A stretch of DNA of 60,469 bases, filler included, from Asterionella formosa (taxonomy: Eukaryota), in assembly GCA_002256025.1 (NCBI GenBank). It is 15 parts of 15 records of this genome, joined end to end, with 100 filler letters (N's around TTAATTAATTAA, not from the genome) between each part and the next. Parts side by side here need not be neighbours in the genome. Positions count along the whole stretch, not along the records: positions 12,144 to 16,085 come from NKIB01013812.1; positions 16,186 to 20,127 come from NKIB01013813.1; positions 20,228 to 24,168 come from NKIB01013814.1; 12 more parts are not named here. One strand, given 5' to 3'. Below the pieces are notes generated by a model. That model ran no database searches and was not told the origin of the DNA. It saw only the letters and a program-made list of their open reading frames with translations. Of the stretch, positions 12,144 through 24,268 are shown in pieces. The position numbers and the translations under genes were made by a program. Position 1 is the stretch's first letter; every line of letters starts with the position of its first letter.

Positions 12144-13022
12144 CAGCGGGCTATGTAGCACGCTTCCTACGCTGGAAAATGCCGGTGAAAACATGACCAG
12201 TCTAAGTATCGTCTGCACCACGCAGGGTATTCAGATTGAGTATACTGCCCCCCATACTCCTCAACAGAACGGAGTCGTGGAACGAAATTTTGTGACGATA
12301 CGAGACCGAGCATGTGCCTCCATGTTCAGCGCAAAATTGTCAGACGAAAACTAGGGGCTACCGTGGGCCAAGAGTGTCCTCATGCACACGCAACTAACAA
12401 ACTCTGTCGCTAACTCGAATACGGGAAAATGCCCCGATTGGCGTTTCTACAGCTTTCAGCCTAAGATATATCCTCACCTGATTCAGTTTGGCAGGGTGGG
12501 GTGGGCTACGATTCGGACGCCAAGGCAGAAACTAACCCCAAAAAGTGTCAAATATGTCATGCTTGGATACAGCCATGACCACGCTGGTGATACCTACCGC
12601 ATGTACAACGTTACAACGAAAAAGGTCTTCAACACAAGAGACCTTAAATGGGCCGACTGGCATGGAAATGCCAAACCCACAGCGGACATGGACGAATTCA
12701 CCACAGACGGATCCGGTATAGACAAGGAATTCGACACTCCTACTAAACCTACCAACGCAATGCCTCCTGACGAGCAAGGGGCTACTACACTACTACCAAC
12801 GAAACAAGACGATCCCAGTACTCCCAAGGGAGTGAGCTTTGCAGATTCCGTCGCAGGTGGTATGAATACGAACGAGCCTCGTACGAATAATGCTACGAAA
12901 TCTACAAAGCTCGATCGAGAAATGAATAGGCTATCTACAGGCTTTGTGACCTCACCTACTCCTACTCGTGCAGGCATATGTCAGCAATCATCCGCAGCAC
13001 GCACGCTAATATTGGATGATGA
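12144..13022 (+). mobile_element. Copia integrase core and C-terminal fragment (same family as 48476-50690)
   Basis: ENAGEN...EYTAPHTPQQNGVVERKF, internal TAG stop, KLTPKSVKYVMLGYS.DH..DTYR. Near-identical to the reverse complement of ~48900-49265. Confidence 0.9.
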
Positions 13023-13489
13023 TGTCAAGATTTAGTACTGCGTGCATATTAGTTCAGTCGAACTAATCAATCTTGAATAGCTAATATTCAAGCCAAAATC
13101 CCGTATTGAAATGCTGTGAGAATTTGAACAGCATTGATTGCCAAGAACTATATCAGCAAACCAAGGTAAATATTCGAATGGAGAATGTTCTAAATAATCA
13201 ATATTTCAATGAAGGAAAGGTATATATGCAATGCAGCTAGCATTGAATATTCATGATTGTTCTACTAAGTGAGTGGAGTTGAGTTGTCAGTTGAGAATTG
13301 AATGTCTAACAACACAATGAATATCTATATACAAATTTGGGAAGAGAACCTTAATAATTGGTCATGTGAATGATTACAAGATAGATCAAATAAGCTCACA
13401 ATAAGGTTGGATTAGAACAGAAGGTTTTATTACACAGAGCTTGTCTAGAAAGAGCTAGCATTGCAGTCAGACTGCAGAAGAATTTAACA
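13023..13489 (-). mobile_element. Probable LTR in reverse orientation
   Basis: Bounded by TGTCAA...TTAACA, with a minus-strand TATATA followed by a pyrimidine-rich tract. Shares CTCACAATAAG and a TTAACA end with 28306-28432. No matching TSD seen. Confidence 0.45.
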
Positions 13490-13521
13490 TGCTTGCAAGC
13501 GGATCAACTTCGTTTTGCAAC

Positions 13522-15376
13522 ATGACTGAAGACAAAGGTGAGACCATTCGCCTTGTGAAGTTTGATGGCGAGGACGCCAATTGGCATGAGTGGAGTGTGA
13601 AGACACTTGCACTAGCCAAGATTAGAGGATTCAAGAATGTTTACATGAAGGATACCAATCCATGAAGCGATGCTGTCTACGAAACCACAGACAAAGACGA
13701 TGTCAAGAAAATCTACGAGATGAACGATCGCGCATACCAGCTCCTGATTATGAGTTGCACTGGGATTGCGTTTGGTTTGGTTAACCAAGCCAAGACAAAG
13801 AATCATCAAGACGGCAATGCATTCCTTGCTTGGACCTACCTCAAGGCTCGCTATGTTCCTAATGCTACAAGCGACTTAATCCAACTGTCAGGACAGTTCA
13901 ACAAGTGCATCTATGAAGGGAAGACGCAAGACCCAGACGAGTGGTTCATCCAACTCGAGTTGTTGTTGAGGAATCGAATGGCAACAATTGATTCTGCTTA
14001 CGAAAAGAAGGATCTCGAGATGATTGCCCACATACTTGACAAACTACCTAAGGAGTACTCAGAAGTGGTAACAATGGTTGAGGCTATGCCCTCCCTAACA
14101 GTAGAAGACCTTAAGGCCAAGATACGTGCGTTCTTCAAACGCAAGTTTAAGAACGAAAAGTCGGATGGCGAACTTGCTCTTGCTGCCTTTGGAACTAAGT
14201 TCAAAGGACTCTGCCGCTCTTGCGGCAAGCAAGGACACAAGGCAGCCGATTGTCGAGTCAAGAACAAGACACACGGCGACGGAAACAGGCCTCCTACGAA
14301 AGGCGTCAAGTGTTTCAATTGCAACAAGCATGCCGGACATATCGCAAAAGATTGCCCTGAACCCAAACGAGAACGTACTACAACGAAAGAGACCGGCATG
14401 TTTGTTGGCATGTGTACGATTGACTACGAAGACATCGAAGCAAACGAAAAGAAACAAGATATGAATGACAAGTACAACGAGAACGACGATAAAGAGTGGA
14501 CTTTTGTCGGTATTTGCGAGGAAATTATTGATGATTGTGATGTAAAATTTAATAATAAAGAGTTTTGTGACTCTGCTGTTGCTCCTCGCTCTATTGCCCT
14601 ACAGGAGAATCGGGTCGCTGATACTGGAGCTACCGCCCATATCACAATGAGTGACGTCGGTATGACAAATGTACGCCCAGTCAGTGTCACAGTTGTCGTC
14701 GGCGATGGCTCGGAAATTAAATGCACAAAACGCGGTGACATCAAGCTCACCAATGGAGAGAAGACTATGACATTGAAGGATGTCCTGTACACGCCTAAGT
14801 TTCACAAGAACATCGTCAGTTTGGGCGTCCTAATCCGTGACGGTTTTGACCTTTCAGTCACAGGGTCTATAATGACAGTTAAGAAAGTCGTGGAGGACAT
14901 ATTTCATTTAACAGAGAGACCAATGGAGTTCTCTATTATTTTAAAGGAAGTCGCGCGAGTTATGCCGATGTCGTATCCATGATTATTGCCCCATTGTCCC
15001 AGGGGGCCGATAGTACCAAAAACTTGTCTACAAACACCCATACAGTTATGAGTTGGGAGGACAAAATGAAGTCACAGGATATCAACCAGGCACACGATAT
15101 CTACGGGCATATTGGGGAAGCCGCACTACGTGCTACGTTCACAGCACTGAAGATAGAACTTTCTGGTACCCTCCGGTCATGTGACGGATGCTCTAAGGCA
15201 AAGGCGAAAGCAAAAGCAAAAGCAGTTTCAAAAGTGTCGACTGTACAGGCTGTACAACACTGTGAACGGATTTTCGTGGACACTTCAGGGCCGTACAAAA
15301 AGTCCATTGTGGGAAGCAATTACTGGATACTTGTGGTCGATCAATTCTCTGGAAAGTCATGGAGTTTTTTTGTTAA
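13522..15376 (+). mobile_element. Copia gag-PR-IN(N-terminal) pseudogene, truncated by an insertion at TTAA
   Basis: MTEDKGETIRLVKFDGED..W.EW start, in-frame TGA near 13662, DPDEWF, two CCHC knuckles (CRSCGKQGHKAADC, CFNCNKHAGHIAKDC), ADTGATAH protease, HDIYGH...CDGC, ERIFVDTSGP. Confidence 0.9.
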
Positions 15377-16085
15377 GGTTGCTGCATTTGAACCCCTAGC
15401 TCGAGGTAGGGTTAACAAAATAATATTGAGTCAGACTAATCAAACACATACTTTTCACATACAAATTAAATATGTATAACGCTCAACGGAGCTTTCACCA
15501 ATACACACCCTTTCCATATGCTTAAATACAGTCTTCGGACAAAGTAGGGGTGTAGGTTCACTCTATATATCGTCAGTATATAGGATCTGGTCAGAAACTG
15601 CAGAAAGGAACTTCGGTTTTTTAACTAGGCTAAAAAGACTCGAAATTTCGGGGGAAATCTGTTTATTTGGCATAGTAAAAAAACCGAAGTTCCTTTCTGC
15701 AGTTTCTCGCCAGAAGTTATATACTGATGCTATTTGAAGGTTACCTATGTATCTAAATCGCCTTCAGACCCAGCCAACGTTTAGCTATCGTCGTCCAAAA
15801 ACTCGACAAAATCGGCCTTTTCTACGGTCGCCAAAATATCGGAATCAGAATTATTAAGTGCCGAAACGTCATCATTGGAATGGCAGTCGTGTGCCGGAAT
15901 TTTTAGTCCTAAAATCTCCTGTCAAAAAATTCCATTGTAAGTACCCGCTCCCACATATATAATATGATTGGTGAGCATGAAGTACATTCCTCTGTTTAAT
16001 TGGCCTGGTTTGCGAGGTCGTGCAAACCCACGCTGGCCACATTGGATTAACATGTAACATTTTCTTGGGTGTACTGACAGTCCGG
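15377..16085 (+). mobile_element. End of a DNA element inserted at TTAA (Kolobok-like terminus); second copy at 19880-20068 on the minus strand
   Basis: TTAA|GGTTGCTGCATTTGAACCC vs CTAA|GGTTCCTGCATTTCAACCC. About 190 bp shared, including GAGTCAGACTAATCAAACAC and GGAGCTTTCACCA. Confidence 0.6.
15573..15727. repeat. Long inverted repeat: ~50-bp arms with a perfect 30-bp core
   Basis: AGAAACTGCAGAAAGGAACTTCGGTTTTTT pairs with AAAAAACCGAAGTTCCTTTCTGCAGTTTCT. Outer TCAGTATATA pairs with TATATACTGA. Confidence 0.9.
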
Positions 16086-16274
16086 NNNNNNNNNNNNNNN
16101 NNNNNNNNNNNNNNNNNNNNNNNNNNNNNTTAATTAATTAANNNNNNNNNNNNNNNNNNNNNNNNNNNNNNNNNNNNNNNNNNNNACGTGTACGAATGAT
16201 TTGAATTTGAATCATGCCCATGATAGAGATAGGGTTAGGGAGTGACTTTGGTATACCGGTATCTAAAGCTGATT

Positions 16275-16545
16275 GAGGGTACGCAATATCACGTAGTCGC
16301 ACAACAATGTGGCATTGGTATCTGTTGGTGATGAAGGGGACGCAATACCACTTTCTCGTGCAAACAAGGTGACATTGGTATCTATTGTCACCTCGTACTC
16401 AGGCTACAACACGTTCTTGTACAGACAAGGTGACGACATTGGTATCATCTACCGGTATTGGTGATGGGCGGAGGGGACGCAATGACACCTTGTTCTCGTA
16501 CAGACAAGGTGACATTGATACCGGTATCTATTTTCACCTCGTACT
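16275..16545 (+). repeat. Degenerate tandem repeat with ~60-bp period
   Basis: Recurrent ACGCAAT...CGT.CA.ACAAGGTGACATTGGTATCT. Confidence 0.7.
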
Positions 16546-16555
16546 TAGGACTAGG

Positions 16556-16875
16556 TTAAAAGTAAGATCAAACAAGCTAAAAGTTTTTATCTGTGATCTT
16601 ACTTATTGGCGATCTTATCTAACCAGAAAGAATGATCTGTAATTTTTTTGGAGTAAGATATACTATTCATGTTAAAAGTAAGATCAAAAAAGTTACAAAT
16701 TGTTATCTGTGATCTTATTTATTGGCAATCGTATCTGACCAAAGTATGATCTGTAATATTTTAGTAGTAAGATATACTATTCATGTTAGAAGTAAGATCA
16801 AAAAAGCTAAAATTGGTCATCTGTGATCTTATTTATTGGCAATCATTTCTAACCAGGAGGTATGATCTGTAATTC
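16556..16875 (+). repeat. Tandem repeat, ~115-bp unit, about 2.8 copies
   Basis: GTTAAAAGTAAGATCAAA...ATCTGTGATCTTA.TTATTGGC.ATC...ATGATCTGTAAT starting at about 16556, 16671 and 16786. Confidence 0.85.
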
Positions 16876-17859
16876 AAAAAGATTGATGCAAGCGATTCAT
16901 ATAACAGTAAATATTTTATGATTTGTACCATATGAAAAATTCCGTGTGACTCCCGCTAATTGAGGGGCTTAATTAAACTACGTACTTGTATTTACACGAG
17001 TTGATGCGGAAAAATTCAAAAACAGTACGCACATCAGGTCGTGGAAAACAATGGTATCCTCATGCATTGTATATATTTGAATTATGTACAAGCTTAATTG
17101 ATGATAGTATAAACATTATGTCTATATATTTATACGTTTTCAAATTTTTATAAATGTTTACATAGCCTATACCACATTTGAAATCATGTTTAGAGGTTCC
17201 TTGTTAAGCATACCGGTACAACATGATCCTGAAATTGAAAGAACGACGCTTCAACGCACACAATGATGATAAACCTTGCGGCTTAGAAGCAAGGATTAAA
17301 AATGGAAGAGTGAACTGAATCTAGCTATGGTATGTCAAGAGTACATGCCAAGGTGATCAATTGTTGGGTTCACAAAGACTAAATGATTGCCTCCTTCCCT
17401 AGCAATTCAAAAGCACATTTCGCATTCAGCGGGATACCACCAATGTCGACCAAAAACTTGTAAATGCTCTTGTTGGATCAATGAGGCACTGTTAGAACAT
17501 CACTGACACATTTTTGTTTTTCAATCTTTCAGGATAATTTTAATCAAAGATTTTTGTTGTAAGTTATAAATGACATTGGTGGAGCGTTTTATTGATTTGT
17601 ACTTATGTGATCATTGACTGACACATTATTTTACTGAACTATGCAAAAAGTTCATCGAATTGTTCTGGTAGCTAAGTGGAGCATGCTAAAATGGGACTGC
17701 AGTGTTGAGACATAAATAAACATGGCTACTAACGAGCAAGTAATTCCTTCTCATTGTTATTATAATTAGGAAATAAAATGGATAAAACAGAATCGGATCA
17801 AAAGGAAATGGGATTTGCAGCATGTAGTCAGATGAGTTTCAGAATCAAAGTGGATGGGA

Positions 17860-18030
17860 TTCAGGAGGCATGCATCAAGAGATTTGAAGGCAGGATGCAA
17901 TGCATCCTCAAGAGCATTGAAGGGAAGCGGGAGGCATGTATCCTCAAGTGCATCATTGAAGGGAGTCGGGGGAGGCATGCATCCTCACGAGCATTGAAGG
18001 GAGGCAGGAGACATGCATCAAGAGCATTGA
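17860..18030 (+). repeat. Minisatellite, ~30-40-bp unit, about 5 copies
   Basis: GAGGCATGCATC(CTC)AAGAGCATTGAAGGG recurs. Confidence 0.85.
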
Positions 18031-18375
18031 GACAATAGAAAAGGGGAACATTGGCTGTTTAACCACACAAAATGTAGAAACATAAAAATGATTTCGTGAT
18101 GCAAATACAATCCATTTCAACCTATTTTTAACAGCTACTATTTCGATTAGATTTACCATCATATAAGGCAGGATAGGTATATGATAAAAGAATATATATC
18201 TTAGGTTAATGTTTTGATAATTATATGATGGTTTGATTATTATGAGTAAGCTTAGCCTGTTCACTTTCATAGTATCATACATATAACGAAATATGTATCA
18301 TGCACAGAAAAATTCTGTGCCAGTTATCGTATGATACCCCTGATCTTATAAGTACGATATTTCTTATTTGCAGAC

Positions 18376-19790
18376 GGGGGTTTACTAGGAGGATTAGCAG
18401 CCACAGTTCATATTTTACAGTCAAGCCCAAGGAGCCCTAGTCCGCAGCGAATTCCATTGCCGGTATACATCCTCGATAATCAGGCGCTCATTTCTCGAAT
18501 CCGGAAATGGAAACACAGTGGCCCCTCAGGAAAACTTCACACAGATTTCGATCTGCTACAGGTGATTATCAAATTGGCTGATAGCCATAACATTGATTTA
18601 ATACCAGAACATGTTAAGGCACACTAAGACGATGACTGCGCTTTATGAGGACTTGTCATGGAAGGCCAATTAAACTGCGATTGTGACCATCAAGCCACAA
18701 TGGTGCAGACCTGCACACAATGTCTCGGCTCTCCACCAGCACAAACATATCAACTACCTCCGGGACATTCAGCATCCCTACAAATATGCAAAACTGTGGT
18801 GACAACAAACATGCCAATGGCCATTCGCAATGCGGCATTTCGTTATGACATGGAAAAGTATATAATGCAAATGGCTGGATGGGATACAAGAGAAATTTAC
18901 GACATGGTTGATTGGACAGCAAGACATGAGGCAAGGAAACAAACACTCAGAGGTTCACGGAAAATGACAGTATTTAAATTGGAATTTAATTTGTTGGCGA
19001 CATTTCGACATCAGAGTAAATATGATAAGAGCGTGGATGACAGATGTTTTCGATGTAAACGCCTCAACGAGGACAGAAATCATGTGATTACTTGCCCAGT
19101 TAAGACTTCAGCACGGGAGGAGCTGCTACACCAGGCAATGGAGTCAACTATCATGGGTCCAAGAGAATGTCACTATGTAGCTACTAAAATGAAAGAGGGA
19201 CTTAAACAATGGCTAAATGGCAGGAGTTCTCGATGGGAAGGACCTATTCCCCATGCAGCAGACGTTGTAGGGAATTTGAAATTTGAGGCCTACCTGAATC
19301 AAATGGATATTGGGTGGGACCCAGCGTTCAAAGGAAAAGTAAGCAAATTGTGGGTTCGGTTATGCTCAGCAAAGAAAAAGGGGATAGGGATGGCGTATTG
19401 GCGGAAAAGTGGAGCGCCAGAGTTATTTCAAGTTTATGGGATATGGCCATCAAGAGTTGGATTATACGCAATGAGGATCTATATGGAAAGACAGAGCAAG
19501 AAAAATTAAGGAAACTGATGGAGGAAGTGGATTCACAAATCAAGGTTAGATACAGATCTGATCAACAAAGGGTTAGGGAAAGCGATAAATCATTTTTCCT
19601 GCTTCCAATGGAGGTGAGAATTAAACAACATACTTTACAGCAGAAGCGCTTGTGGGTGGAAACAGTGGATCTTGCTTTTAATGCTTGGAATCACGACCAA
19701 TCCAGCAGGACTATGACAAACGTTGTGGGGAGCGTCCGTCTTGCACTGGTTTGGACTCGTGGACATGGAAGACGTCCAAGGGTTTAAAAG
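18376..19790 (+). mobile_element. 3' part of a non-LTR retrotransposon ORF2 (RNase H plus CCHC; Ambal-like LINE), degenerate
   Basis: RNase H motifs DNQALISRI, DFDLL, EHVKAH*D, LNCDCDHQA. Knuckle CFRCKRLNEDRNHVITC. C-terminal Q..IGW...FKG..S..W and W..RN..LYG. Contains stops and a frameshift. Confidence 0.8.
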
Positions 19791-19879
19791 AAACCAGTAT
19801 GACGATGAAGAAGTGTCATTCCCTGGCACGAGTGCAATTTCTAGCTTTAGTAATATACTTTAAAATTTGATTGTGAAAC

Positions 19880-20068
19880 ATATATAGAGTTGACCTATAC
19901 ACCCCTACTTTGATCAATGACCGTATCTAAGCATATGGAAAGGTTGTCCAATGGTGAAAGCTCCAAGTAGTGATATCAGTTTACACGTGAAAAGTGTGTG
20001 TTTGATTAGTCTGACTCAATTTTATAATTTTAACCCTACCTCTAAGCTAGGGTTGAAATGCAGGAACC
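19880..20068 (-). mobile_element. Second copy of the (T/C)TAA|GGTT terminus
   Basis: Reverse complement matches 15377-15570. Confidence 0.65.
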
Positions 20069-21349
20069 TTAGGGGGTCCAGGACAATGAAGTATACGGTG
20101 TATGGTAAACGTACTACCAGGTACCAGNNNNNNNNNNNNNNNNNNNNNNNNNNNNNNNNNNNNNNNNNNNNTTAATTAATTAANNNNNNNNNNNNNNNNN
20201 NNNNNNNNNNNNNNNNNNNNNNNNNNNATAGTCCTGCTTTAGAAATTATAAATCGATTACCATGTCAAATCAACATTGCATTCATGATTCTTACCTTGTT
20301 TCATTTATCTACTAGATACACCATCAAATGTGCGGTTCATCACTGAATCCTATCGAGATAATAGAGAAGCATTTTTGTCAGCTCATCGAAAGAAAAATGG
20401 TAAACGAACAAGGCAAAATAACATACCCAGAAAAGCGACAACAAGGATGGCTTAGAAACAACCCCATTCTTGTATGAATCTTCACTGTGATTTTGGAAAT
20501 GGCCCTAGTATAGGAAACAAGGAGGTAGAAGTTTGAGAAGTAGAAGCTTGGGAAGTTAAACCAATGGCAAGAAGAAACAAAAACAACATACCCAAAAGGC
20601 GCCGACTACAGGGGCTTTAAAACAACCCACATTCTTCATTGAATCTTGAATATTCAGTCATGAGAGGCTATAAATTAGAAAGGATGTAGGGGTATGAGAA
20701 GAAGAAGCTCGGAAAAGAAGAACGATTGCGTTAAACTTACCACACAGAGGCCATCTTTGTCATCGTAAATTTTCCTTTCGACAAGACGATTTTTCAATTA
20801 TGTGTTGTCAGGATGATACTGATAGAGTATTTAATTAATTGAAAATGGGCGCGGACACGGTTGTGCTCATATGACATACTAATAGAATGTACCATACTAC
20901 CGTAGTGCAGTAAAATGAACACACTAAATACTGGCGCGGTCTGCAGTGTGGTACGAGTCTACCATGAGGACCACCAATTTACCGCCCTTCAACTACCGGT
21001 ACCAGGTAGTACCGGTAAAAAAATAGATACATCGGAAAATAAGGCAGTGGTGAGTATGGCTGGATTCATGTTCAGGGTACCTGGTACCAGTACCTGTATC
21101 CCCCCTCGTAAGCGCTACCAAGTATTTTATTTAGCTCACATGATGCAATTTTTTTCATATACAAAACACTGCAGTGTAGTCGTCATGATCGGCTGGAGCA
21201 TCCTGCAGCATGTCGTTTAAGCCTTGACCATGACGAAAATAGCGGAAATCTCTACGAAAACTGAGAGCGACGCTTTCCTATTCGGAACATGTGTCAAGCA
21301 AAACATAGACAATACAATCGTAAAAGAATAACTGTAATAACACTAAAAT

Positions 21350-21610
21350 TGACGATGAAAATTAAAGTCGCCGATGGCGCCATTTTTATGTAGCTAATTT
21401 AGAAATGCACAATTGAAGATGACAATCTTTCTAAGGAATTCGACTCTTTCACAGTAGCTGAAAAATGAATAATACTACGGCTATGACAATAGCATGATGA
21501 GTTGAAGCTTAAGATGTGAAAATCGATCTTTATCAAGTGAGAATTGATTTATTGATTGTACCGGCAATATGTGTAGTCGTTAATGCAGGTATCAGTGCCG
21601 ACAAAGCAAT
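21350..21610 (+). repeat. Dispersed repeat; other copies near 33900, 35338 and 55927
   Basis: Core GAAAATT(G/A)AA(G/A)TCGCCG. Similarity with 55925-56180 extends about 260 bp. Confidence 0.7.
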
Positions 21611-21995
21611 GTATTATTCTTTGGCAGTTGATACCAAAAAAAATTTGAAAGCAGAAAAAATAATAATTGAATCTATATTGGGGACTATTAATATATTTAT
21701 TTGGTGAAACCAGCGTAATATTGCTGCGAAGTAGCATACTTTTGCCATCATACTGTAGCAACGGCTAGTTGGTCATTGAATATTTTTGCAAACACACATA
21801 ATTATTGGTTTGATCACATAATTATGCGATAAGTGAAATAAATTTTGTTTTAGATCACATAAATTCTGGTTTGACCCAAATAAATTCCGGAAAAAGTAGC
21901 ATAATATTTTAGAAAAGTAGCATAAATAAGTCACTTTAGACATAAATTCGAAAAAGTGCCGTAAACGGCGTCTTAGATGTGCGCATGTAAATATC

Positions 21996-23155
21996 ATGGA
22001 TAGCATTTTACCACCAGAGATTGACAAACAAGGCAGCACTATTAGAGAACATGATACACAAAAAGCGAAGAAGGAAGCAAATAAAATTAAGTCCCTCCAG
22101 CTCATGAATTTAGCAAATATCAGAGGGAACACAAGAGCAAAATCAACAATAAGCCGGCACCAGTCTGAACATGAAGTCTTTCTGTTATATTTATATAAAC
22201 ATGAGGACCAGCTACTAGGACCGGAGATGCTAGCGCAAATCAGATATATTGATGACATTCCAAATCATATGAAGAAGGCAAGATCAGTGATACGCAGTTT
22301 TCTTGAAAGGAAAGTCTCTACAGGATTGCATCCAATTAAATTTGAGGACTTGCTTAAAGCCTACAGACTTCGCAAAGTATCTTGAGACCCTCAGTAATCC
22401 AATGACAGGCTGTCTAATTAGTCAGAAGATGTATAAAAACAAGAAGACATCACATTATAGCCTGTTTAAGAAGTATAAGATGAAGGCTACAGACAACTTT
22501 GATGATGAGCTGAAAGATCTCATTGCTGGCGTCAAATGAATTGCAAGTAAGGCAAAACAAGATGAGATGGGTAGCCTTGGCTGAGGAGGGAAAACGTGAA
22601 TTGACAATCGACCTGTACCGAAAAATAATCATATGGTTGATTGAAAATGGCTCTCCATCAGCTGTTATGCACGTGCATTTTTATGTGTAACTTAGAATTT
22701 GATGTGCTGTGTTGATAGTACTGATGGTGTCTGTATCAAGCATTTGGTTTGGATAGTCAAGATGCTGTGGGGATTCGATTTTCTCAAACAACTAATGATC
22801 AAGATGGCTCTAAGAATTTCAAGCCCCGACACTACTACACCAACCCTGAGGATTTTGAATTGTGCCCAATAACTGCATCCCAATAACTGCATTGTTTGAG
22901 TACATGAAATGCTCCCCAGAAATTCTACAAGCCAGATACAGATTGTCTATTGTTTCCTGGTGCAGAGCAGGAGGATTGATTCAGAAAAATTATCAAGAGG
23001 TTGCTACATGGACATGAACGCGATCTAGATGGATATGAGGTGGAGGATATTGGTACCCACAGCATCAGGAAGAAGGGTGCAACAACATATGCATCGATTG
23101 GCTCTACAGCAAGTTCATCAAGTGTGGTGATCAACAATCGAGGTGGTTGGACTAT
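21996..23155 (+). pseudogene. Crypton-type tyrosine recombinase, degenerate and 3'-truncated
   Basis: Across frames: ARAFLCVT*NLMC, NDQDG...PRHYY.NP....CPITA, LFPG, DIGTHSIRK(K)GATTYAS, RGGWT. These are the YR HxxR box and W motif of stramenopile Cryptons. Confidence 0.8.
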
Positions 23156-23469
23156 TACAATTTAATTTAATTAAGAATGTGCAAATGTATGATGGTTGCT
23201 AGATTCAATATAAACATGATAAAATGTAAGAAATAATGATTTTGAAGCCAACTAGCTTTATACTGTTGACTAATACCGTAGAGAGATATTACAGATACAT
23301 ACAGTATTGTCTTGTCAAGAATATTAGCCCGAGTCACAAGGATTGTGGACTCGATTGTAATCGAACGAGTCGAATATTGCATTGCCACGTCAATCAGCTG
23401 TCTAACGAGATCAGAGATTGAAGATTTCTATGGAAATGTTAAGTGGAAACTCGAAGAGAGTCTTAGAAT

Positions 23470-24168
23470 GGGGGAATGTTCGTGGTGACGTGTATTGAGG
23501 CAAGGTACAATGAAGAGGTAAATTATACGTGCGTGCATAAGGACCGTTGGCTACTAGATAGTGGCGCTACGGTACATATATACAATGATGAGCGCATCAT
23601 GGAGGACAAGCGCGCAGTGCGTGAAACTGTTCCTGTGGGAAACGGCGCAGCAATTGTTGCGACCGTATCAGGCACAGTGACCCTTACGACGACAGACAAA
23701 GGAAAAGTGTTGAAACTCACCAATGTGCTCTATGCACCGGAGTTCAAGCAGAACATTATCAGTATTTCGAGAATTATTGACAAGGGAAATAAAGTTATGT
23801 TTGACGATGATAAGATGACGATCAGAAACAACAACGGATTTTTGATCTGTAAACGTGATGAAACGAGAACAATTGGTGCAATGTACCATGTGCAAGGAAC
23901 GCCTATTCTAAAGGAAACGGTGTTGGAGGTTGAACAAGAAAGCGAGAAGCCAACACAACAATCCATCGACTATGATACTAAAGAAGACGAGAATGAATGG
24001 ACGAAAGTTAACGATAAGAAGAAAACGACGAAAGCGATAGATGAAACGATCGAGAAAAGAAACGCGAACGAAAATAATGATGTGATTGTGGAAATAAATG
24101 AAGCGCATGAAATGCTTGGACATGTGGGGGAAAAATGTCTTCGTGAGACATCGAAATTATTTGGGTGG
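23470..24168 (+). mobile_element. Copia protease to GAG-pre-integrase fragment
   Basis: WLLDSGATVH, VGNG, L.NVLYAPEFKQNIISIS, EAHEMLGHVGE. Confidence 0.88.
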
Positions 24169-24268
24169 NNNNNNNNNNNNNNNNNNNNNNNNNNNNNNNN
24201 NNNNNNNNNNNNTTAATTAATTAANNNNNNNNNNNNNNNNNNNNNNNNNNNNNNNNNNNNNNNNNNNN

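Noticed and set aside
13023..13489. Clean solo LTR insertion
   Set aside because: The flanks (GATGA and TGCTT) do not form a TSD, so it is kept only as a probable LTR.
16229..16240. Telomere-like (A/T)TAGGG TTAGGG
   Set aside because: Only about two units, too short to call.
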